Shown here piece by piece: positions 17,901-25,341 of a DNA stretch of 64,000 nt (its first letter is position 1; each line of letters opens with the position of its first letter). The DNA comes from Polyangiaceae bacterium. Lineage in GTDB: Bacteria; Myxococcota_A; Polyangia; Polyangiales; Polyangiaceae. Under the pieces are notes generated by a model that was not told where the DNA came from, searched no databases, and saw nothing but the letters and a program-made list of their open reading frames with translations. The stretch spans positions 732 through 64,731 of the forward strand of contig JBEKXD010000020.1 of the NCBI GenBank assembly GCA_049512415.1. Reading direction: 5' to 3'. The position numbers and the translations under genes were made by a program.

Positions 17901-19351
17901 CGGTGACGCTCAACACGACCGAAGGCACCGCGTTGGGGCTCGTCGACCAGGGCATCTATTCGATCGATGTCTTCCAGGCCGAGCGGCACGTGACCCAGTC
18001 GACGTACCTGCTCACCATGCAGGATTTCATTCACCAGATCTCCCAGTGCACGGCGTCCTGCGGGGACGGTCTGCCCGCGGCGGGCAAGCAGTGCGACTTG
18101 GGCGCTGCGAACAATACGGGCTCCTACGGCGGGTGCACGAAGACGTGCACCCTGGCGGGCTACTGCGGCGACGGCATCGTCCAAAATCCGCCCGAGCAGT
18201 GCGACTTGGGCGCTGCCAACAACACGGGCGGCTACGGCGGGTGCAACGCCAACTGCACCCGCGGACCCTACTGCGGCGACGGCAGTGTCGAGCCGCCCGA
18301 GCAGTGCGACTACGGGACCGCGAACAACACGGGCGGCTACGGCGGATGCACCGCCAATTGCACGCTGGGGCCCTACTGCGGCGACGGCAAGATTCAGCCC
18401 CCGGAACAGTGCGACGATGGTACGGCGGGCAACACGGGCGGCTACGGGGGGTGCAACGCCAACTGCACGCTCGCGCCCTACTGCGGCGACGGAGTGATCG
18501 AGGGCACCGAACAGTGCGACGACGGGGTCAATAACGGAACCGTCTACAGCGACTGCACGACTCAGTGCCAGACCAAGTGCACGACATGCACGGTGACGGG
18601 ATTCTGCGGCGACGGCATCCTCCAGCCGCCCGAGCAGTGCGACTTGGGCACCGCGAACAACACCGGCGGATACGACGGCTGTAACCCGGACTGCACACTC
18701 GGCCAGTACTGCGGGGACGCCAAGGTCGAGACTCCGCCCGAGCAGTGCGACTTGGGCACCGCGAACAACACCGGCATCTACGGAGGGTGCGAGCCGAACT
18801 GCACGCTCGCGCCCTATTGTGGCGACGGGACCGTGCAGCCCCCGGAGCAGTGCGACGACGGGGCGGGCAACGTTCCGCCGACGGGTGCCTACGGCTACGG
18901 CCTTTGCACCACGAATTGCACGATTGCGCCGTTCTGCGGCGACGGGACCGTGCAGGCGCCTGAGCAGTGCGACGACGGCATCGCGAACGGCACGGCGGCG
19001 AGCAACTGCGACACGCAGTGCCGCACCAAGTGTGGCAACGGCATCGTCGACCCCGGCGAGCAGTGCGACTTCGGGACGGCGAACAACACGGGCGCCTACG
19101 GTGGGTGCAAGGCCGACTGCACGCTCGCGCCCTATTGCGGGGACGGGACCAAGCAGGATCCGCCCGAGCAGTGCGACAACGGCAAGAACAACCAGCCGGT
19201 GGCGACCGCCTACGGCGCCGGAGTGTGTACCGCCGCGTGCACGAACGCACCGTTCTGCGGCGACGGGATCGTGCAGTCTCAGTTCGGCGAGGTCTGCGAC
19301 AGCACGCCGAACTGCACGAGCACCTGTACGTTCAAGAGCGGCGTCAAGTAG
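14951..19351 (+). CDS. giant secreted lipoprotein: ~24 'Myxococcus cysteine-rich repeats' flanking a fibro-slime/PA14-like domain
   Basis: The ATG at 14951 gives [24 protein letters not shown] (lipobox). Repeats follow the pattern CGDG..[9 protein letters not shown]..(S/P)GDGCS..C..E.G(Y/W).C. The central part has [12 protein letters not shown]...GLV and [23 protein letters not shown], the fibro-slime signature. Confidence 0.85.
   Translation: [1466 protein letters not shown]
16433..16567 (+). repeat. 9 tandem copies of a 15-nt unit inside the giant protein, encoding (V/G/A)-D-A-(A/S/T)-(V/A) pentapeptides
   Basis: Read directly: gtggacgcggccgtg / gtcgacgcgtccgtg / gtcgacgcgtccgtc / ggcgacgcgacggtc / ggcgatgcgaccgca / gcggatgctgccgcg / gccgacgcggcggcg / gtcgaagctgccgtg / gtcgatgcggccccc. 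Confidence 0.85.
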
Positions 19352-19423
19352 AAAGACCTAGACGACCGGGGAAACCGGTTCGATCCTGCGCGTGGTACAC
19401 CGCGGCTTGTGAGGTGCGTCTCC

Positions 19424-20536
19424 ATGCGAATGAGCGTTCCGGTTATGGCGCTTTCGTTGGCTTGTGTTCTGTCCGGGGCCTGCAACTCGCCCAGCTCCCA
19501 CGGAACGCCTCCTCCCCCGCAGCCGGCCCCAGCCAGCGACGCGGCTGCAGAGCACGCCGACCTGTGCGCCGGGGGCGGAGGTCAAGACATCGACGCGATA
19601 AGCGCTCCCTTCGTTCCGCGCGCTGGCGGCGGCTATTGCCTCGACCCACAGGGCGAGCCGAAGACGTACGGCGACAAGGGAAAGTTTTCGATGGACGAAG
19701 TGTGCACGACCGCCTTCGACGGTGAGTGCGATGTATACAAACGCTTTGGCCTGGATCGGCTCGTGTTGCTCCGTTACGTGGACGGATCGGGGGCCCCGAA
19801 CAGCGTGGAACTCAGCTTGTCGCGGTTCGCCACGGTCGACGGAGCCTACTCGATGTTCACCAAGCGCGTGGTGGCGGACGCGGATCCGGCGCAGGCTAGC
19901 GTCAAGCCGCTCACGGCCGGCGGCGCTGCGGCCCTCGGAAGCAGCAACGCGTACGTGTGGCGGGGCGTCTATCTCGCCGAGCTGACGTTCGTCTCGGAAG
20001 ACCCGAAGATGACCCCGGCGATGATCGCGGCCGCGAACGGGCGGTCGACGGCTCTCATCGCCCGCGAGATAGGATCCAAGCTCCCTGGCCCCCTCGATCT
20101 CCCTGCCTCCGCGGCAGCCCTTCCGACCGCGTCGCGGATTGCGCTCGGCGTCGCCTACCATCCCAAGGATGCGCTGGGGATTTCGGGAATCGGTCCGGTG
20201 GCGGTCGGATACTACCGGGAAGGCGACAAGCGCTGGCGCTGTGTGGCCCTAGTGCGCTCGGACGTCGAGGGGGCGAAAGAAGCGATGCGAGCCTTCAAGC
20301 TCAAGGGCGGCGGCGCTTCGATCAAGGGCGTGGGAGACGACGCGGTATTTGCGATGCTCCAAGACGCCTCCGAGCGCTCCAGGACGGCCTACGTCATTGC
20401 ACGCAAGGGGACACTCGTAGCGGCCATCGGCGATGAAGAGTTCGCCGCGGGATCGGAAATCGGCGGCGATGCCGCCCCCGCGATCAAGCTTTCGAAGGAA
20501 GAAAAGGTCGCGAAGCTCGCGAGCTGGGTGAAGTAG
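19424..20536 (+). CDS. lipoprotein of unknown function
   Basis: MRMSVPVMALSLACVLSGAC is a signal peptide with a lipobox. A GAGG lies about 10 nt upstream of the ATG at 19424; the track GTG at 19409 is also possible. G/C third-position bias holds throughout. Confidence 0.6.
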   Translation: MRMSVPVMALSLACVLSGACNSPSSHGTPPPPQPAPASDAAAEHADLCAGGGGQDIDAISAPFVPRAGGGYCLDPQGEPKTYGDKGKFSMDEVCTTAFDGECDVYKRFGLDRLVLLRYVDGSGAPNSVELSLSRFATVDGAYSMFTKRVVADADPAQASVKPLTAGGAAALGSSNAYVWRGVYLAELTFVSEDPKMTPAMIAAANGRSTALIAREIGSKLPGPLDLPASAAALPTASRIALGVAYHPKDALGISGIGPVAVGYYREGDKRWRCVALVRSDVEGAKEAMRAFKLKGGGASIKGVGDDAVFAMLQDASERSRTAYVIARKGTLVAAIGDEEFAAGSEIGGDAAPAIKLSKEEKVAKLASWVK

Positions 20537-21467
20537 TCCCCGTCTTGCCAGGTCGCTCGAAGCATTCGCGAGGCAGCCCACTTCTCTGCCGCTCGAGGCT
20601 CGTGCCCTGGATGAAACGCATCGTCTTCGGGTCGCCATAGCCGCTCACATCGGGGAGCGAGGCGTCGCCCTGCCTGTGATGTCGAACCACCCGAGCCATC
20701 AGCAGGTCGCGCACCCACTTGCCCGCGAGCGAGGCCATGGCGACCAGCGCGTGGGAGCTGTCCGCATCGCGCACGAAGGCCAGTCTTCCAACGCCGGCGA
20801 CGGCGTACGCGCTTCGCGCTCGTCCCTCTTCGAGCGGCGAGCAGTCGAAGCCCTTCAGCGGGCCGAACGCAGGGCCATATCGATCGTACCCGCCGACTTT
20901 GCCGCAGGTGATGTCGACGTCGCCGCCCGCGTCCCGACGGGCGTCGAGCGCCAGCCGCTCCATGGCGTGCAGGTCCACCTGAAGTCGGGAAAGCCCGCGG
21001 GCGTCGGCGTCGTGTAGTCGGCGAGCGCACGTGATGACGCACGCGGCCCGCGTGACGTCGACGCCCCTGTCCTCGATGTCAGCGAGGTCGCGCTCCACCG
21101 AGGCCACGAGCTCGTCTGGCGCTCCAAACTGCTCGCCAAGAATGGCCCAACATTGTTTGGCGTGCTCATCGGGGCACGGCGCTAGCAGAGCAGCCGGTCC
21201 ATCGAGGGAGAGGGCGCGAACGACGGCGTCAGGGGTTCGCTCATCCGATCCCATCCGTCGGACGATCGCGCGAGCCCACGCTTCGCCCAAGGCGTTGTCA
21301 CCATATGAAATGAGGCGTTTTGAGTCGTCCAGGCGAACGCGAAACGCCCGGCGGGGGAGCTCACATGCCTGGCCCGCGGTGTGGGCGCAGTGCGCGGACA
21401 CGGCCGTGACCACGAGCGGGCCTAGCCGTGGGCCGAGGCCGTTTTCATCGATGCCTACAAATATCAA
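20484..21467 (-). CDS. divergent RNase HII-like (RNase H2 family) protein, 327 aa
   Basis: Three motifs occur in RNase HII order: GIDENGLGPRLGP (cf. G-DEAGRGP), LDDSKRL (cf. DSKKL) and DADSSHALVAMASLAGKWVRD (cf. D....-AAASI-AK--RD). The start is TTG at 21467, preceded by a strong AGGAGG with an 8-nt spacer. Confidence 0.55.
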   Translation of the reverse strand: MIFVGIDENGLGPRLGPLVVTAVSAHCAHTAGQACELPRRAFRVRLDDSKRLISYGDNALGEAWARAIVRRMGSDERTPDAVVRALSLDGPAALLAPCPDEHAKQCWAILGEQFGAPDELVASVERDLADIEDRGVDVTRAACVITCARRLHDADARGLSRLQVDLHAMERLALDARRDAGGDVDITCGKVGGYDRYGPAFGPLKGFDCSPLEEGRARSAYAVAGVGRLAFVRDADSSHALVAMASLAGKWVRDLLMARVVRHHRQGDASLPDVSGYGDPKTMRFIQGTSLERQRSGLPRECFERPGKTGTTSPSSRASRPFLPSKA

Positions 21468-21731
21468 TACTCACGCCTCCTGGTGTACATCAGGCCCGCC
21501 GGGGCTCGTCGCCCGAATGCGCGGGTCGGGGCCTCGCTCCACTGGACTTGTCGCGTCCGGATGCTTAGGCTGCTCGGCCCTCGATTCCGTAAGGGCGTTA
21601 GCAGCTGTAGGTGTACCTGCCGACGATTGGATCAAATAAACCGTCATGATGGGAGCGATCCGAGCGTGCCGGACGAGAGTCACGAAGTCCGAAATGGCCC
21701 GCACGGCAACTCCGCCCCGGGGAGCGACTTA

Positions 21732-22094
21732 GTGAACAAGGCCAGCCTCAAGAAGTTTAGGACGCTTCTCATCGAAAAACGCGGCGAGATCCTCAAGAAG
21801 GCCAAGCAGACTCTCGAGCAGGACATGTCCCTGGATACGGACGACCTGCCCGACGAGATGGATCTAGCCTCGAGCGAGTACCTCCAGTCGTTCACGTTTC
21901 GACTGCGCGGGCGTGAGAAGAGCTTCCTCGACAAGATCGACAAGGCGCTAAAGAAGCTCGACGAGGGCAACTTTGGCGTGTGCGAAGAATGCGGCGAGGA
22001 GATCTCTGTGAAGAGGCTCGAAGCTCGCCCCGAGACCACCCTCTGCATTCGCTGCAAGGAAGACCAGGAGCGCCTCGAGAAGGACTACTCATAG
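21732..22094 (+). CDS. dksA: DksA/TraR-family C4 zinc-finger protein
   Basis: DEMDLASSE...FLDKIDKALKKLDEGNFGVCEECGEEISVKRLEARPETTLCIRCK carries the CxxC-X17-CxxC motif and coiled-coil of DksA. GTG at 21732 is preceded by GGGGAG. The upstream part of the track ORF looks non-coding. Confidence 0.8.
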   Translation: MNKASLKKFRTLLIEKRGEILKKAKQTLEQDMSLDTDDLPDEMDLASSEYLQSFTFRLRGREKSFLDKIDKALKKLDEGNFGVCEECGEEISVKRLEARPETTLCIRCKEDQERLEKDYS

Positions 22095-25000
22095 TGTCGC
22101 GCTGGCAGTCGAGTCCGGGCGTGCCTGCGACGCTCGGTCAAGCACGGCACGAAGGTACGGCGCGGTGTGGGAGCGCTCACTTCGCGCGACAGCCTCGGGC
22201 GTACCGGCCGCCACGAGCTCCCCTCCTGCATCGCCCCCTTCGGGACCGAGGTCGAGCACCCAGTCGGCGCAGGCGACCATGTCGAGGTTGTGTTCGATGA
22301 CCAGGATGGTGTTGCCTTGGTCGCGCAGGTCGAGGAGAGCCGTCATGAGCACCTCGATGTCGGTGAAGTGCAGACCCGAAGTCGGTTCGTCGAGCACGTA
22401 GAGAGTCGCTCCGGTCGCTTTGCGCGCCAGCTCGCGTGCGAGCTTCACGCGCTGCGCCTCGCCACCGGATAGCGTCGTGGCTGGCTGTCCGAGTGTCAGA
22501 TAGCCGAGGCCGACCCTACGGAGCGCTTCGAGCTTGTCGGAGAGCTTGGGAACCGCGCCCAATAGGTCCGTCGCTTGCTCCACTGTGACGCCGAGCACAT
22601 CCGCGATCGACAAGCCTCGGTACTTGACCTCGAGAGTCTCCCGATTGTAGCGACGGCCGCTGCACGCGTCGCACGTGACGAACACGTCGGGCAGAAAGTG
22701 CATCTCGATGCGCAGAACGCCGTCGCCCTGGCAGGCTTCGCACCGTCCCCCTTTGACGTTGAAGGAGAAGCGCCCAGCCTTGTACCCGCGCGCGCGCGCT
22801 TCGGGCAGACTCGCGTAGAGCTCCCGGAGTTGGGCCGAGATACCAGTATAGGTCGCGGGATTCGAGCGAGGCGTGCGGCCGATCGGGGCCTGGTCGATCG
22901 ACACGACCTTGTCGATCTGGTCGAGTCCCTCGATCTGAGTGCATTCGCCCACTGGAGCTTTGGCGCCATAGAGTTTCATTCGAGCGGCGGGCAAGAGTGT
23001 GTCGACCACCAAGCTCGACTTTCCGCTTCCGCTCACGCCGGTCACGCACGTGAAGACGCCGAGCGGCACGTCCACGGTCAAATTCCTCAGATTATGGGCG
23101 CGGGCTCCGACGATGCGCAGCCGCGCTGGGCCCGTAGCCTTCCGCTTCTTCGGGATCGGCAGCTGCCTGGCTCCGCTCAGCCACGGTCCGGTGATGGACC
23201 GAGGGTCTCCCATGATCTGCTCCGGCGTGCCCTGCGAGACGATCTCGCCTCCGTGAACCCCCGCGCCCGGACCCATGTCGACGACGTGGTCAGCCGACAG
23301 AATGGCGTCGCGATCGTGCTCGACGACGACGACCGTGTTGCCTAGGTCACGAAGGCGCGCTTGGGCCTCGATGAGGCGCGCGTTGTCTCGGGCGTGAAGA
23401 CCGATGCTCGGTTCGTCTAGGACGTAGAGGACGCCCACGAGAGCCGCACCGATCTGGGTGGCGAGTCGGATTCGCTGCCCCTCTCCGGAGGACAGCGTCT
23501 GAGCGCTTCGGTCCAAAGTCAGGTAATCGAGACCGACGTCGATGAGGAAGCCGAGGCGAGCGGCGACCGCCTTGAGAAGCGGTTCGGCGATCGTTCGCTC
23601 GCGCGCGCCGAGGCCCTCGGGTGAGCGCCCCCCCCCGAGCGATTCAACGAACGTCTTGACCTGGCGAAGAGGCATGGATCCGACTTGGGCGATGTCCCGT
23701 CCGCCGAGCGCCACGGCCAAGGCTTCCGGGCGCAGCCTCTTGCCCTTGCACGCATCGCAGACGCGAGTCGTGAGAAACCGACCCAGCTCGTCGTCTGTGA
23801 TCCCGCCGTCGCCGGCGATTTCGTCGTCCTCCTCGGGCCGCTCCAGGGTGGCATCCGCGCGCGCGGCGATCCGATTCGCCAGCCTTGGAACGATGCCGAC
23901 GTACGCCGAGCGCTTCGGGTCGCGCTTGCGCGCGCGTCTGGGCTCGTGGCGTCGCTGCTCTGAGCCGGCAAGCGTCACCTCCGGCTGCTGCCCGAACAGG
24001 ATGGCCTCGCGCTGCGCCGCGGGAAGGTCCGACCACGGCACGTCGGGACCGACGCCCAGGCTCTCGACGGCGCGCGCCAGTTCCGTGGCGAGCGCTACGC
24101 TGGCCCGCCGGCCCCAGGCCAGGACGACGCCTTCGCGCAGAGTGTGGCGTTCGTCCCCGGTGCAGCGTTGAGGATCGACGACGTCGCGCGCGCCGAGACC
24201 GTCACATACCGGGCACGCGCCGTGCGGTCCGTTGAACGAGAACATGCGAGGCTCGATCGGGGGAAGCGATATGCCGCAGTCGATGCACGCGAACCGCTCG
24301 CTCATCCAGACCGGCTCCTCGTCGCCGGATTGCACAAGCAACCGGCCCTCGCCGAGCTTGAGCGCGAGCTCCACGCTGTCGGTCAGCCGGTTGGCGATGC
24401 CGCCCCGCAGTTGCAAGCGATCGACGACGACGTCGAGATCGTGAATCTTGGAGCGGTCGAGTTCAATCTCGTCGCCGAGGTCGAGCACCGACCCGTCGAT
24501 GCGAGCGCGAACGAAGCCATCGCGCCGCAGACGCTCGATCTCGAGCTTTAGTTCACCCTTTCGCGCGCGCGCCAGCGGCGCCAGCACGCTCAGCCTCGTG
24601 CCGTCCTCCAGCGCCAGGATTCGGTCGACGATTTGCTGGACGGTCTGCGCCTCGATGCGCTTGCCGCACTGGGGGCAGTGCGGCACTCCGACTCGCGAGT
24701 AGAGAAGTCGAAGGTAGTCGGCGATCTCGGTGACCGTGCCGACCGTCGACCGCGGCGACTTCGACAGGGGACGCTGTTCGATGGCAATGGCGGGGCTAAG
24801 TCCGTCGATGCGTTCGACGTCAGGCTTGGCGAGCTGCTCGAGGAACTGCCTCGCATAGGCACTTAGGGACTCGACGTAGCGGCGCTGGCCTTCCGCGTAG
24901 ATCGTGTCGAACGCGAGCGACGATTTGCCGGACCCGCTCGGTCCCGTGAGCACGATGATCTTGCCACGCGGCAAACTGACGCTGACGTTCTTGAGATTGT

Positions 25001-25097
25001 GCTGGCGCGCGCCGACGACTACGAGACGATCCACCGTTTGGGAGACGGTTAGCACGCGGCGCCGATGGAACGCCGTGGAAAGCCTATCGGGTTGCAT
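22089..25097 (-). CDS. uvrA: excinuclease ABC subunit A
   Basis: It has GARQHNLKN, two Walker A motifs (GPSGSGKSSLAF and GVSGSGKSSLV), CxxC zinc modules and LSGGEAQRVKLA. The start is uncertain: ATG at 25097, or GTG at 25034 giving the classical MDRLVVVGARQHNLK N-terminus. Confidence 0.95.
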   Translation of the reverse strand: MQPDRLSTAFHRRRVLTVSQTVDRLVVVGARQHNLKNVSVSLPRGKIIVLTGPSGSGKSSLAFDTIYAEGQRRYVESLSAYARQFLEQLAKPDVERIDGLSPAIAIEQRPLSKSPRSTVGTVTEIADYLRLLYSRVGVPHCPQCGKRIEAQTVQQIVDRILALEDGTRLSVLAPLARARKGELKLEIERLRRDGFVRARIDGSVLDLGDEIELDRSKIHDLDVVVDRLQLRGGIANRLTDSVELALKLGEGRLLVQSGDEEPVWMSERFACIDCGISLPPIEPRMFSFNGPHGACPVCDGLGARDVVDPQRCTGDERHTLREGVVLAWGRRASVALATELARAVESLGVGPDVPWSDLPAAQREAILFGQQPEVTLAGSEQRRHEPRRARKRDPKRSAYVGIVPRLANRIAARADATLERPEEDDEIAGDGGITDDELGRFLTTRVCDACKGKRLRPEALAVALGGRDIAQVGSMPLRQVKTFVESLGGGRSPEGLGARERTIAEPLLKAVAARLGFLIDVGLDYLTLDRSAQTLSSGEGQRIRLATQIGAALVGVLYVLDEPSIGLHARDNARLIEAQARLRDLGNTVVVVEHDRDAILSADHVVDMGPGAGVHGGEIVSQGTPEQIMGDPRSITGPWLSGARQLPIPKKRKATGPARLRIVGARAHNLRNLTVDVPLGVFTCVTGVSGSGKSSLVVDTLLPAARMKLYGAKAPVGECTQIEGLDQIDKVVSIDQAPIGRTPRSNPATYTGISAQLRELYASLPEARARGYKAGRFSFNVKGGRCEACQGDGVLRIEMHFLPDVFVTCDACSGRRYNRETLEVKYRGLSIADVLGVTVEQATDLLGAVPKLSDKLEALRRVGLGYLTLGQPATTLSGGEAQRVKLARELARKATGATLYVLDEPTSGLHFTDIEVLMTALLDLRDQGNTILVIEHNLDMVACADWVLDLGPEGGDAGGELVAAGTPEAVARSERSHTAPYLRAVLDRASQARPDSTASATL

Positions 25098-25341
25098 TCG
25101 CCCGTGCGAGCAACGATCTCGTCGCGCTCGAGACGGCGATGCTGGCGGCCGCGCAAGGCGGCTAGCACAGCCACCGCGCGGTGCGCGGATCGTATGTTCG
25201 CGCGCCCACCCCCGACGCCAATGGGGCGCCGCGCACACATCCCGGACAAGCCTCGACCATCGCCGATCGAATCCTGCGCCCAGCTGAACTTCGGTCCCCA
25301 CTCTTCACTGGCGGTCCGCATGATACGTTTCCAACGAGCGG

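Noticed and set aside
25270-25300. A possible LexA/SOS box upstream of uvrA; CTGAAC is the reverse complement of the GTTCAG half of the M. xanthus-type box.
   Set aside because: Only the GTTCAG half-site is present. The 10 nt preceding it on the uvrA strand (GGGGACCGAA) do not fit the CTRHAMRYBY part of the reported consensus. It also sits more than 170 nt from the likely uvrA start.
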